DNA of 64,000 nt from Ruditapes philippinarum (lineage: Eukaryota), in assembly GCF_026571515.1 (NCBI RefSeq), contig NW_026852073.1, positions 124,001 to 188,000 of the forward strand, given 5' to 3'. Under the pieces are notes generated by a model, which saw only the letters and a list, made by a program, of their open reading frames with translations, ran no database searches and had not been told where the DNA came from. Made by a program: the position numbers and the translations under genes. Below, one piece after another: positions 1-14,328 of this stretch. Numbering within the stretch: position 1 is the first letter of the stretch; each line of letters begins with the position of its first letter.

Positions 1-1742
1 CTTTAAAGCGGATTTGACCAATGTTAAAAATAGCTTCAAATCCGTGGTTAGGTCTAAATATATGGACTAGGTTACAACCATATTTCTTCATTATGACACA
101 AGTAATGGTTGGTTCAAGAAAGCAGACTTCTTGCCTATAAGTAACGTATATGTATTCTTCCTTTACCTTGCATTGACGAGACTGATTGAAGTTGACTCTC
201 TGCGCTATTTTCATGATGACTGAAAACCATAGGAAATAACATTTAAATTTTGATAAGGGAAAGAAAAAATGTAAAATGAAATTTCCCTGCAGGAAACTGT
301 CCCTGGAGTTTTGTGCTATATATGGATGTAAAAAAGGAAAAAAAACTGATTTCTTGATGTTTTATAAATTTAAACCATTTTGAAATATAATCTTATTTCA
401 TATTATCTTTGAATTATATGGGTAAAATCGTTAATGGGATGGATCTTAATCAATGGCTTTGATACACAGGTGCTTGAAACAAACTTTTTAAAGTTTTATA
501 TGGGCTATATACTATAATAAGATATAAGACCTCCAACAGAACAAAAATATCATGCTGAACAAACAAGAACACTGCTGCAAGAAACGACCAGATGACGTAT
601 ATCTCTTTTTGGTCGACATTCGACAGGATCAATCCAAGCGTCGGGGGCCTTATATCCTAATACATATATAGACCGATTATGAAAAATATTTGATTATGTG
701 ACTAGCGCCTGTGCTTTGATATCGTTGAATTATTCCCAACATATGCTAAAACAAACAGTCCTCTCATGTATGCATTATTATGCCTTTACTAATTTAACAT
801 ATTACGGTTTTGAAAATAATTTTCGCAAATATAACCTCTCGAAAAAGTAAAATAACAGAAATATTACTTATTTTCTGTATGCTCTTCAGCCACCGGCAGC
901 CATATTTCTTTACATATATCGATTAACAAATGAAAAAACTGAATTCACTGGAGGTTTCCTGTCGTACTTAAGTGCGCAGATGACCAGTCTAAGGGAATCT
1001 GATCTTACTGATTCCCGGTGTGCTTAAAGACAATAGAATTGAGCCTAAATAATCTCCAATGAAGAGCCGACAAATTTATTACCCATAATTTTGCTGTACT
1101 TCAAAAAAATATTCAAACCATCATTTTTTCGTTTTTGAAGAAACTTGTGTTACCGTTATGCTCGCTTCGAATTCGCTATTACATATATACGGTGGCATAT
1201 TTCTGCCAACAGTAAACCATATAATTATCGCGTTAACTGTCTGACTAACATATATATCAGACTAACTAAATACATTTTCTGTTAGATAGATAAATAACAA
1301 ATAAGAATCTAACTTCCAAAAATACCAAAAGTTCCCTAATGGAACTTTTGTGTAGTAACGCTTCCCCTTTAATTTCAAGAACTGCATAGATCTTTTTTAT
1401 TTTTATTATTTTATTGATTTTTTTTCATTTTTTCCAGTGTGCTATTGAACATATTTTGAAACTTAGTATCTTCGACAAACGCGGTATTGCCTATGAACGA
1501 CTACTACAATACTTCTATACACAAATCGAGCATGCGAGAGAAAATGCTACATCCGGTCAGTTTAGCATTGCAAAAAGGTGAATGTCATATTTAAATTTTA
1601 CTGGATAAGAAAAGGTTATAATTAAGCCATTGTAAGAAAATTGTAAGAAACAACATTTATAATTCGCGTTATGTCGCAAATCTGTTCTTTTCCCCCAGGT
1701 ACACCATATAGTAGAACTTGATAGACATTAGAGTATATGTTA

Positions 1743-1776
1743 TATATAAACGTGTATGTCAGTGGTTAAATCAGTT
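1743..1776 (+). promoter_or_regulatory. TATA box + initiator of C1qDC copy A
   Basis: TATATAAA 1743-1750 followed by TCAGTT (Inr) at 1771-1776, ~28 nt spacing. The block is conserved upstream of copies B (~16678) and C (~21466). Confidence 0.6.
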
Positions 1777-1831
1777 TGGGATAAATTATAGAACTTGGTG
1801 TTACAAAAAAAGCGCAAAATGAACTAAGAAA

Positions 1832-4183
1832 ATGTCTCAATTTCTTAGTTTAAGTATTGGACTTTTATTATCATTATTTTGTCAGGTAACATGTGCAGAG
1901 CCGGAATTAAGTGCAAAAGTAGTGTATCAACTGCTGTCAATGCGAATAGACAATGTTGTTCGTGAAAACAATAATTTAAAGTCTGAACTTAAGGAAACTA
2001 AGGCAGATGTTGGTAGACTCGAGAACAAAATCGAAAGTATGGAAGTGAATATCTCACTTATGGCAAGTAAAGCGGCAAGAATTGAAGACGAAAATTCAAA
2101 AACTCTGTTAAGTGAAAAGATCCATGCTTTGGAACAATTATCTGCGTCTCGACTTCAAAAGAAATTTAAGACAGAAGCAATAGTTTTGCGGAAAATGCTA
2201 GTTAGCGAGAAGTCACAAATGAAAGACAAATTAATGGCATTTGAACAAAAGTTCAAAAGTTTCCAATCGGAACTAGTAGATGATATAACTATAGTAAATA
2301 CCACAGTTGACAGTTTAGAAAATTCAATTTCCGAACAAAACATAGCAGCGATCACTATGCTAGTAGCAGTAGAAAACAAACTCCAAAGTCAATTAAATGA
2401 AACAGACCTTCTCATGCAAGAAATGAATAAAGATTTAGAGAATAGACTAATAGAATCGGACGCTAGAATGAAAGACAGGAACATGAAATTAGCTGAAAAT
2501 ATCAATGAAGTTGACCAGCGTCTAATCGCTGCCAAGTCAAATTTGCAAAGTACATACAATGGTCTAAACAACCGGCTTAATAGCGCAGAGAGTCAACTTC
2601 AATCAGTCTCGTCAATGCAAGGTAAAGGAAGAATACATTTCTTTTTTATACTTACATACTATTTGGTGCCAATAAAGTAATTTCGAATTAAATTTTCGCG
2701 AAACATATCTTCTGCATAAGTGTTGGTTAACTGAATGTTGTATGTCTACTAGTATTATTTGTCATTAGTTCTGTTTGTAACCAGAGTAACAGTGTTAACC
2801 ATTAAACAATTCTGATATTTCAGCTTCATACATTACATTATGAAATAACACTGTTGTATAAGTCAATGCTGTTGATGCTTCCTCAAAAAAAATTTTTTTG
2901 TCCTATTTATTTTTTACTGACATGAAAATTACCTACAAACTCAAAATTGAAAAAAAGAAAATATATTCTACACAAGTTTTCAACGAAATGCGTATAAAAT
3001 AAATTAAGATTGCTCGTATTCCTGTAAAAGATATCTGAGAATGATAATACTAATAAGCTGATAAGTTTGATATACCGATGAGTTTGATATACATGTGGTA
3101 GTAATATATAAGAAACATGTAAATATATACTTTTATTGATTATTGTAATTATTACAGACAGACAGGAAGACACATTTTCTAATCAAATCAGTACTTTAAG
3201 CAGCCGAATCTCTGTAGAAGAAGGTAAGTCCTAGGAACACAAGTGTTTATGTTTTTAAATGGCATTATGCGTTCTTTTGAAGTCTTTATTTTAACATGAC
3301 ATCTTCATGTATAAGCGGTCCATATTTAAATATGCCTTACATCGTACATATGTTTTAATACAAAAGACAAATTTCACTAATTTGAATCCGAATATGCTTG
3401 TTCAAGCATAGGAAATACTGCAATATTAAATTTTATGAAATATGTTCTATTTTAAATTTTGAGGTCGGGTTAAAGTTATTTTTTTTTATTTGTTTAACAT
3501 TGAACAAATATATATTCTTAGACATTTAAAACAATGGATTTTGACATCTAAACTTTTATATTATAGTTCTAGCATAAACGAAAAAAAACGTGCTCCACAC
3601 AGCGGTAAAGTGGGCTGCTTTGTTTATTTGCAGTTACACATTATACTTGATTATATCTAATAATATAATTACAAGAAAAAATCATTCATTATTTAAAAAC
3701 ATTTTATACTTTTTGTATATAATTATATAATAACTAAACCAACTTTTCCTTTTTCTCTTCATGCTCAATAAAAAATTATTTTATTATTTCTCAGCCAGAA
3801 AGGTTGCATTTTCAGCTAGACTTACGAAGAAACAAAGCTATTATGTCAAAAACGAAAGAATAGTGTTTGATGAAGTTTTTTATAATCACGGCGGAGGATA
3901 CAGCTCCTCAACGGGGATATTTACAGCGCCAAAATCAGGAACGTATTTGTTTACTTATAATATACAATCATCAGTTTTAGGCGACGCACATGTTGTTTTG
4001 AAAGTGAATTGGTTGACCAGAACTAGCGTCGTTGTAGACAAAGGTGCAGATAATAATAGCGGAAACTCAGGGATAGGTTACGTTCGGAAAGGTGAAAAGG
4101 TTTGGCTAGCGACTGCTAGCTCAGATAGTGTGTTTTTTATTTCGCCTTACAGGACAACCTTTAATGGCATCTTGATTGATTAA
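1832..4183 (+). CDS. C1q domain-containing protein (signal peptide + coiled-coil + gC1q), copy A; 3 exons, ~414 aa
   Basis: Exons 1832-2621 (signal peptide MSQFLSLSIGLLLSLFCQVTCA, heptad-rich coil), 3158-3223 (DRQEDTFSNQISTLSSRISVEE), 3795-4183 (VAFSARL...FDEV.YN.GGGY...TGIFTAPKSGTYLF...TTFNGILID). All GT-AG, phase 1, open frame. AATAAA just after the stop. Confidence 0.93.
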
Positions 4184-7100
4184 AATAAAGTACCATGAAT
4201 TGCCATATAAAAAGCATGATCAAATGTAATATGATTATATATTCCTTCTGACTAAAGTTCATTTCCTCTTTTGTTTTATTTTAAGCATAGCAGGAGCTGA
4301 TTTTAATCACATTGTTATGATAGATTTGCAATGCCGTCTCGGAAATTGTTTAATTATTTGATTTTATTTGATTTGATGTTAATCCCTTTGAAAACCAAAT
4401 TGTTGTTCCATTTAGATGCAAATAAACATACAAATATTAGTTTCGGCCGTCTTTCGTGTTAGCAAAGTAATTCATATTCTTATAAGTATTGGTTCACGCA
4501 GATTTAATTTAAATTAGGGGATGAAATTACATTTATCAAAGGAAATCGATCAATTCCTCAAAATTCTAATACATCTCATTCATTTTATCAGCATGAACTT
4601 GTCATTTTATAATGTCCCCATTAATTAGCCATACTCGCACCGTTTAAAGATTTAAAACTTAATTTTAACCACTATGGTAAGTGTTTGTAAAACCAACTTT
4701 AATTCCATTTATCTGTTGCACGACTGCATCACGCCAGTTTTTTCTCATTAATGTTGACTTAGAAACACTAATCTATACTTATCCAGAATATTGTAAATAA
4801 AAAATAAGTCAAATATATTGCCGAGTTCATACAATTATTATTCTAATTAATTGTTTATTAAAGTTTTGTATTATTCAAATAAAAATCGGTTGTTCCTTTC
4901 ATGAATTTTTCTTTTTGTTGTATAAATGACGAAAATATTTAAATAAATCTTGGCAGCTTTATATTAACTATATCTTCTGTTAAGAAGGTGTGACTTATAT
5001 TCAGCACAATTTGCCAACTCCCCTTCATATTTTTAAGAAATCAATAACATGTATGTACCTACTTTAAAAGCATTAGTTTCGATTTCGTTAAAGCTTTGTA
5101 AAGGAGGAATGCTTATAATCATTGTAAGGATATACAAGTAGTTGTCATTTTTTCTTTTACTTTTTGTAGATAAAAGATAGATAAATAAAAGGACATGTGT
5201 GAATTAATTCTTTACCATAGAATGAAAAATTTAATCATATCAATTACATATATATGATTATCCAAGGAAATCGATCAATTTAGATTCCACTTTATATGAT
5301 TTTTGTTTCTGTTATCATATATTTGTCTATGTTATTGCATAATATTTAAATTGTATTACAATTGTATTGTTACTCTGTAAATACCGTCATCTTTGGAGGG
5401 AATAAAAGTATATATCTATCTCTATTTATGTACAACTATTGTTCATGCGTTTTGTATGCTTTTATTGATTTGCATTTTTTTAGCGCTACATTTAATTAAA
5501 ATTTGACATTTTCACATACCTTGTCTTTGTTTTCATTTGCTTATTTATATGGTAGGTAGCAATATACCTCACGTGATTTATTTATGATATATTCTTATGT
5601 GACGTCAGAGAGTGTTGACTTAAGGATAAAGTACACTTATTACTTTTACCAATTACTAATACTTTTACACAAGTACTAAAGGCTGGACGTTGAAGAAAGT
5701 AGCAGTTTGCATTAACTGGTCCTATAAAAATGAATCTGGAAAAAAATTGTATAAGATTATGTTCCCATCCGTCAAACAATCACACTCGGAATATATAAAT
5801 ATCTAGAAAAGTGATCCCTCGGAAGCATTTAAAACAGGAAATTGCTGACTCGCTTTGATTGAGTCTGTACATGAGAGATAATGAAAAAGTGCAACAACCC
5901 TTACGCCGCCCTAGCCCTGGTACTCAATTTTCAACACTTGAAAGTGCTTGAGTCAATGATCCCGAAGGCCGCTTTATTTCACTAGAAAAGGATATTTCAA
6001 CAACGAACAATTATTGACAGTGCTTAAAATAACCATTAAGTTTGTGCCGGTCACAAATTAAACTTTTTTTCTACAAAATACATTCAAAGTTTTGTAGCAG
6101 TTGTAAACAAGGGGCATTACTCGGTAAATAGAGAATTTTCGATCACCCACAAATTCATGCGAGATTTCCCTCTAATAAATTAAAAACATTCCTGAAACTA
6201 TACTGCATTGCATAGCTTATTCAATCCACAATTGATAAACACTAACTCTATTCTGATTCCCTTAGCCCACTTTAAGAAAATTATTTCAAACCGTTAACTT
6301 CTGTCACAAAATTGGATGTCGCAACACCAAATCTACGGATAAAATGTCAATTTTAAAAGATGGAGGTACAAATAAACGCATACAAACAATACCGCAACAT
6401 AGTTTCTATTACATACCTGCGCAAATAGTCGTGAAACGCTCTACATTCGTCTGTGTCGAACGAATTCTTCAAATCAGTGCAGAAATCTGCTTCGGCGAAG
6501 ACATTTTGGAAACTCTGGTCACGTGATAAAACCGGTGTATTGAGACCTTTCATTGGTTCTCTATTTATCGAGTAATGCCCCTTGTCTATGTTTATATACA
6601 TATTATAAGGTTTTGACTGAAATCTCATTTTAAGGTCACCATCAAGCAGTATATACAATCCAAACAGTGTGCGTGCCACCTATCAGTTTCGAGTACACTA
6701 TGAAAAGCAAGATCACTTAAGAAGGGCGACGTTCAATGAATGCATCTCCAATCTAAAAGAGCACTTGCCCGTTAAACACGCGACGATATGGTTCCGAAAT
6801 GTTCGAATGAAAATTACAGGAAATCAAGTTAGTAAGAGCATTTAGCAAGGGGAAATCCTTTTTGTATGATTTTATTTTATCTATAAAAGCAAATACAACC
6901 AAGATTTACGGTACACCTTTACTGAGAACCGTGAACACATATTTTCGAGGCTTCTTCATAGTCTAGCGGTTGGGTTACTCGGTGATTTGGAATTACGTGC
7001 ACTTCATCAATGTTGTTTTGAGTATCCAATTTAAAATCCCACACAGCTTTGAATTCTGCAAAGTGTAGAGGCAATCCAGCAAGTCTACGGCTAATCATTT

Positions 7101-7187
7101 TAACAGCTTAACTCACACACTCAGTATCGTTAGAATGAGATAGACTTAAGGTCTTTTCCAACCAATCGAATGTTTGAAAGTAACCAT

Positions 7188-7329
7188 ATGAGCCGCGTCA
7201 TGACAAAACCAACGTAATGCGTTTGCGACCAGCATGGATCCAGACCAGCCTGCGCATCCGCGCAGTCTGATCAGGATCCATGCTGTTCGCTTACAAACCC
7301 TATTACAAGTAGAGAAACTGATAGCGAAC
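7188..7329 (+). mobile_element. Truncated palindromic MITE (ATGAGCCGCG family)
   Basis: Left arm matches the full copies at 49161, 54234 and 59178. Paralogous spacer copies at ~7990 and ~28415 lack it (empty sites). Confidence 0.8.
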
Positions 7330-8252
7330 TATTGTGCATTCCAATGCATTTGGGGACTTTACGTTGCAGTCAAACACTTTCATGTGTGTCTCTATTAGCT
7401 GAACATACTTAGCATCAAATGATCAATAAAACATGTCAAATTAATGTAAATTAGTCTGTGCCTCTTTCGGCCTAGGGTAAACGCAAATACATTTATCTGT
7501 CTAAAGCTTATCAAGGGAAACGTTTATCAGCTTTTGAGATCGAAGAGATCAGAAAACTTTGATTTTTTTAATTGTATTTAAGCTCATTTTTCGGTAAAAT
7601 ATCTTAAGTGAATTCAAGGAACAATGCCAACAAAGCTTGAGTTTCGAGTAAACTATGAAAAGCAAGATCCCAACGTAAGTGCGGCATTAAATGAATGCAT
7701 CATATAGAAACAGCACTTTCCCGTTTTACTGTAATAAAATGTCCGGATGAAAACTACACGAAATGAATTTAGTGAGAGCATGAGTCCATGGCTATATTGT
7801 TAATGAAGGTGAGTCGGAATAACTTCATTGCTTTTGGTTTAAATATTCAATTCCAAAAAGCTAACTTTGAGGAAGCTATTTAGCCAGTTTTAGAAAAAAT
7901 CTGTTTAACAGCTTAACTCGCACGCTTACTCTTGTTAGACTGATAAGGACCTGAGGTCTTTCCCAACCAATAAAATGCTTGAAAGTAACCATATATCGTC
8001 CATGTATCAATGTAAGTTAAGAACCAAAAATAAATCAAACCATATGTATTTTATTATGAAGTATAGTTGTGTAATTTCACCTATTTATAGCTTCTATCAG
8101 GTTCGAAAGCAACCCGTATTTATTGATGTCGTACCCCTAACTGATACAGAAAACGTTAGCAAAGAAGTGTTAAACATTTATTGAATTCGTAAAGATATGA
8201 TAGCATAAGATCTTAACCAGTTATGAATGATTTAAAGCAAGAAAACAGATTA

Positions 8253-8389
8253 CTGTATTCCTAGAAATGTTCGCGGATACAATATTTCGCGTTTTTACCA
8301 ACGTCGGCATTTTCGCGGAGACAAACTTTCGCGGAAATGTAGTAACCGCGAATTCCGCGAATGTTTAGTCGCTACGGCCTAAATTACAG
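8253..8389. mobile_element. Small Tc1/mariner-type MITE
   Basis: TA-CTGTA...TACAG termini with internal ttcgcgg repeats; a partial second copy lies at ~9027-9085. Confidence 0.5.
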
Positions 8390-9221
8390 TTTTTGGAGGC
8401 TACGTTTTTTATGCATGACCTTGCCTGTTGGGTGCTTTTAATTAATTTTTTTCTTAGACAAGTCGCGGCCTAAAGCGCAACGTTACTCGATACATTGTTC
8501 ATCTATTGACTATCGACAAGGTCGTTGTTCCGTGAACAAATTCAATTTCCATAACCTTTTTCATTATGTTATTAAGTTATGATTTAGTCAGATCCCGTTA
8601 GCTTTGATTCTCATTTGAATCATAACTGACTTTATCTTCAAAATGTCGATACGTATTTTTTACACATTTTTTCACACATTACGGACGATATAGCTTTCCA
8701 TTATAACAACTGTTTATCAATGTAGCCCTTGATCGCTATTGTACTTTTTTAACAAAGGATTACACCTACTCCAAGCAAATAAAATCCAAGTCATTCAATG
8801 TTCGCAAACTGTAAATGCGTTGTCAAACGCCGTGACTAGCAAATAACGCCAATAATCATGTTAATTACTAATAATTGATTTTTTTCTTTTTCAACGTGCA
8901 AACTAGTATAAATAACATACATAAATAATTCTTTACACATTTCTATAACACCTGTGTTTATATGTTGTTTTGTGTAAGTAGATTATAATATATATTCTGC
9001 ACTTTTTATGATATATTTGGTTGAAGCTAGAAATGTTCGCGGATTTGTTATAAGTGACATATTCGCGGCTATAAAGATTCGCACTTCTATTGTCCTTGAG
9101 TTAATAGTGGCAACCAGAACAGTACGTATAATATATAAATGCACATGGCACTCGTATTGACAAAAACTTTGTTGTACCATTCAAAACGTAATTTTATAAG
9201 AAAAAAATTACGTTAAAGAAA

Positions 9222-9889
9222 ATGCCTCAACTTGGGCAATGCATTGTATTTTGATTATCATGGATTTGTAAAACTAGAGGGACAAAGACGGAGTTTAGTG
9301 CTAAATTAGTGTAAGAACTGTTGTCAATCCGAATATATACAATGTGGTTCATGAACATTAAATTCTGAGATCTAAGTAAACAGAAAATTGGGCAGTTATT
9401 GATAAACTCGAGAAAAACAATCGATATTACTGATGTTAATGTTTCAAGAATAAGGAGTAAAACAGCAACATATGATAACAAAATTTCAAGGTCTCTTTTA
9501 AATGAAAGATTCTAAGCCATTGAAGTTTTATTTGCGTCTCGACTTCAAAAGAAATGTAAGGCAGAAAAATGTTATTGCAGAAAATTTTAATGAGAAGTCA
9601 CTCATGAAGGAAACAATCGGATATTCGAACAAAGTAAAAGTCTTCCAATCGGAACTTAAATATATCAAATGAAATCAATTTTTCTGATCAGTTATTGAAA
9701 AGTATGCAATGTACATATGCAAAAAATGAATATAGATTTCGAAAATGAATTAACTGATTGGAACGCAAGAATGACACAAGGCGACGTGGAATTAGCTGAA
9801 TAATAAAGGACATTGGTCTGTGTCTGACCGCTGCCAAGACGAATCTTAACAACCAAGAATAAGATTCGGTCAATCTCAACAAAGCAAGG
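9222..9889 (+). pseudogene. C1qDC pseudogene (decayed exon 1; no gC1q exon recognised downstream)
   Basis: Colinear with exon 1 of A/B (e.g. gagtttagtgctaaattagtgtaagaactgttgtcaat; gcgtctcgacttcaaaagaaat; gaccgctgccaagacgaat) but with stops and frameshifts; donor CAAG|GT changed to CAAG|GA. Confidence 0.8.
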
Positions 9890-11594
9890 AATAAAAAGTT
9901 TCATCATTAAGAGCATAATTATCTATTCTTTTAATATTTTCTTTTAAATTATATGGTTAAAAGACTTTTTCTATAATAATTACTTCTTTGTGAGGATCAA
10001 TGTTAAATGCTATATGATTTAACCAGTTTTTCTATGGCGACAAAAGCATGACATTGCAAAAGGAACTCTAATCCAAACGAAAAAGAGCATAAAATTGTAA
10101 ATATATTATATTATTGATTAGAGACATGTTGCCGTTGGTCCCAAAATGCAAATACAAATTCAGGATTTTAAATGGCGGCACAGTAGTTAACGAATGATGA
10201 ACTCTATAAAATTGAACTATAAACCTGAAAATCCTGATTTGATTGTAATATCTTCTTTCTGAACAAAGACCTTTTGGCATCATCCAAGTAGACGACTATG
10301 ACAGCTTTTGGATATATTGTAACATTTGACACATGTTAGGCGCAATAAGCAGCTTTTATAGTGTTTAATCAAATAATAACTGTAAATATTTAAATCAATA
10401 AATTCCGAATCAACAAAAAATATTACCATATTCAGAAGAAGTTGTTTTACGATATACAAACAGTTTTTAACATACGTAGGTATTGAATTAAACGAGAAGT
10501 TATCAAGAAGTGTCCCATAAGCAATGTTAATAGAACAATATTAGACATTGAAAATTTCTTTTTATTCGGTATGTCGGTATTAAAAATAATTATTTTGTAT
10601 TGTATATCAAATATCATTGTAAATAACTCATTGTCCGTTATAACATGAAGAACTGTAAATAACAGATTCAAATAGCTTGAAGTAATCCTTGATTGATTAT
10701 CTCTCGTTTCAAGCGTGTATAACACGATATCGTGAAGGCATAGTTAACAGAACTGCCTCTTTGAAACACTCGATTTTTTAATGTAATAAATCCAAAGACT
10801 TGAAGCACTTTGATCCTTAGATAAAAGCATATAATAAACCATTTAAATTGGGAAACAAATATATCAAAACGTTTAATGTGGTGGCAAATAACTGTAAAAC
10901 GTAATGCCAACAAACGCGTAATAAATAAGACCTGCATTTTGGAATTAATCTCGAGTAGTGAAAATCCTTAGACTAAGTCTTTGGTTCATAGAAAAGAAAC
11001 ACTAAGACAATAAATAGAATTAAACAAAAGGTTGCTGACCAATGACATATCTTAGAAGAAATGACAAGCTTGTGTTATCTGTAAGGTAGACCTGACCTTT
11101 AGAAGACAGCACATGCAACAGCCCCATGATGTAATGATTTTCATAGGTAGACTTCAGTCTTCAAAGTTATACATATTATAATCAATTATTCAGCTAATGA
11201 AATTTCGTAAGTAAATGGATTCTACGATATTTAAACAGAATTTTACAACGTTAACTGTGAAGATCTTAGTTCAGTTATAATATCTTAGTAAGACCATCTA
11301 CAGAAATATTTTTATAATATATGTAGAACATTGATATTTGTTTAAAAGTATACCTTGTTAGAACTACTTGTATTTGAATTATTTTAAGGATAACTCTTCA
11401 TATCATTGCATGTGATCGTAACATGATTACCTCCCATTATTAATATCCATACGCGAAAAGTAATTTTACATGGTAAACCTTAAATCAAATTACTCGTGGA
11501 TCGGGTTTTCTGCTACTGATTATTTAAAAAAAAAACATTGAAATTTGAATTTATTTTGTAAACTCTGAACCCCAAAATGTGTGTGTGTTGCTGT

Positions 11595-11750
11595 TATATG
11601 TTGCAACGCCGATAAATGTCGCATATGCCGTTTAATGTCGCACCATTGCCGATAAATGTCGCAACTACCGCTTAATGTTATTAATGATGTCGCACGATTT
11701 TATCCCTTGTCGTCAAATGTCGCAATACTATCTTTTAATGTCGCAAGATG
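11595..11750. repeat. Clustered AATGTCGCA repeats (probable DNA transposon subterminal region)
   Basis: About six copies of (a)atgtcgca in 150 nt. Confidence 0.55.
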
Positions 11751-12279
11751 TATATTGATGATAAAATTAAGCTAGCTAGTGGTATTTATTTACAATAAAC
11801 ATTGATTAAATGTATAAATTATTTAGTAACTTTGGGACAAAACAAATGTCCCGATCTAGCTGCCGTTAAAAGATGAAAATTGCTTTTTTTAAAGTGTATT
11901 GTTCTATAATGGAAATATTTCAAACATTGATAAAAGAAAGAAACCTATCATTTTGATGTTCTTACCAAGTATATCTTTAAACAAAAATGTTTATTCTATA
12001 TGATGTAATATGACATTTATATGATGAATTACTAATATTTGGATCCTAGTACAATTTATCATCAACATCAACATATAATTCTTTCATGGTTTATTATCAT
12101 GCACTGTAATTAATATTATCAACATAAATATCTATGGTTATGCATGCTTTCCATCATAGACCATTTCACTTTAAATGTCCTTTTCGTTCGCGATTAAATG
12201 TAAAATACTATTGATTCAAATATAGTATGCATCTATACGGAGCCTCTAAGGTGACATTTTCCACACTTTTTTCCCGGGA

Positions 12280-12520
12280 TTTAATTCATTATTTCAAAAT
12301 ATTATTTCGTACTTACGAACTATTAAATTCGTTATTTCAAAATATTATTTCGTAATTACGAAAATTAATTCGTTTTTACGAAATAAAAATTCGTTTTTAC
12401 GAAAATTAATTCGTTTTTACGAAATAATAATTCGTTTTTAGTACTTTTTACGAAATAATAATTCGTTTTTACGAAATATTAATTCGTTTTTACGAATAAT
12501 AATTCGTTTTTACAAAATGT
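12280..12520. repeat. 21-bp minisatellite (aattcgtttttacgaaataat), probably inside a MITE starting ~12234
   Basis: About ten tandem units visible. Confidence 0.8.
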
Positions 12521-12526
12521 TTTAAT

Positions 12527-12690
12527 ATTCGAATCCCGCCATGGACTACGGATTATTTCATGTTATGAAGCTATCCAGCTAGCTAACGGAGGATCGGTGG
12601 TTCTACTCAGGTTTCCGTCTTGACATTGTTGGAGAACCATATGCCTTCCTTCACCAGTAATGTATTACCTTATCGTGTGACGTTTTAATG
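12527..12690 (+). mobile_element. tRNA-derived SINE fragment (family of 31603-31874)
   Basis: ttcgaatcccgcc B-box, gaagctatccagctagct, ggtggttctactcagg. Confidence 0.65.
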
Positions 12691-12974
12691 TCTGAAAACT
12701 AATGAAAACTTTGCATTTTCAAAAGTTTTAAGTTCAGAGTTATATTTTCCTAATTTAGTTTTTTGGTTTTATAGGTATTGTTTGATTTTATTTACCTGTC
12801 AATTACATACTGATTGTATGGTCAATGCATACAATACATTAATTTTCAATACATTTTGGGTAAGTTTCGTGAGATGTTCATGGTAAGGCTTAATTTATTG
12901 TGTGTCAATGAAATAGTTTTGCGCAATATGGCAAATTACGGGTTTATAATGTCTAAATGACCTGCGTGTTTTAA

Positions 12975-13004
12975 GAGAGAGAGAGGGAGAGAGAAAGAGA
13001 GAGA
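12975..13004. repeat. (GA)n microsatellite
   Basis: gagagagagagggagagagaaagagagaga. Confidence 0.8.
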
Positions 13005-14042
13005 CCGCGAGGGTAATAATTTTTCTTGTTTATATTTCAAACATTTTGAAGCTAAGCTTGTTTATTATGTTGGTCGTTTTGTTTTAATATGTTTTGCATT
13101 ATTTTTGGTAAAGTCTATGATCTTTTTTAAATTTCATTGTTAAAGAATTAATATGTAAAATTCATTCGGATTAAGATTTATGAATGTTATTTAAATGTCG
13201 TAAAAATGTCGTAAAAACATACAAATCCAGACAAGACAGTCTTCCTAAGTTGCATCATATCCATGGGAGATAATTTTGCAAGCACTATTCCTATAAAATA
13301 TTCTGAAAAAAAAATAAAGAAAGAGTAGGTCTAGAACAATGGCAACATTAGAGATCGATCAACAGACTTCTCTTTTATTAGGCAGTCACTTAACCGAGTG
13401 TTCTTTTCACGGACGTGAGGATTGCCTATACATCAAGATAATGTGACTTTTTAAAACTTAAGTTATTTACTCAAAATTAATTCTCGTAAACTGCACAGAC
13501 AGAACAAAAGTGGTATCGAATAGTTAAATGAGTGATATAATGTATTCATAATTGACATGTCAATAAAATGTTAAGTTTTTCTCATTCAGAATCACCCGAG
13601 TACTTTAACCATTTCTGGCACTGGGTTGCACCGGCAAGCAATAAGATAAGAACAATCTTAACCTTTACTATATTCTGGTTTTACTCATGTACTTAAATTT
13701 ATTGTGGAGCACGTTAATTGGAATCAACCGTCCGTTGGCTTGACTTAAGGAAATAATATTCTGACCGATATATATACCTTTTACGTGAAAAAAGATATTT
13801 CATGAGAGATCTCCAGTAGAATTTTATAATCATTGTTAATTATTTCGATCTGAAGGGAACTTCTATAACATGATTCACTTTTGTAGATGCATGTTCGGTA
13901 TATTATACACTGTATAGCTTTATATAAAATTATATCACATATAATAAATCGTATCGTAACATATTATATTATTTTACTTCCTACATAATAGTGTTCAGTC
14001 TTAACCATAACGTGGGCGTTAAATGAAAAAAAATCAGTAACA

Positions 14043-14328
14043 TATAGTGGCTGATTCGGTACACTTTGCGCGATGCATTGTCGATAGCGACAACACAACC
14101 TATATCGTTATCGCATTTTCGTCTTGTCGTCTTGTCGCTAGCGCCAATTTGAGCCGAGCGCCAATGTGACATCGTGACAACACGTCCCACGACAACGTGC
14201 CAGTTTGGCGCGCACCGTTAGCGACAGGACGACAAGACGAAAGTCCAACAACGTGCCGTTTTGCGCTTTGTCGTGCTGTCGCTAGCGACAACAAAACGCA
14301 CAAAAAGTGTTCCAAATCAGCCACCATA
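14043..14328. mobile_element. MITE with ~25-bp TIRs and palindromic GC-rich interior
   Basis: tatagtggctgattcggtacacttt ... aaagtgttccaaatcagccaccata; internal gtcgctagcgac repeats. Confidence 0.75.

Noticed and set aside
2155-2571. Antisense ORFs over C1qDC exon 1 (also 17331-17636, 21731-21973)
   Set aside because: Shadows of the coding strand; no independent gene signals.
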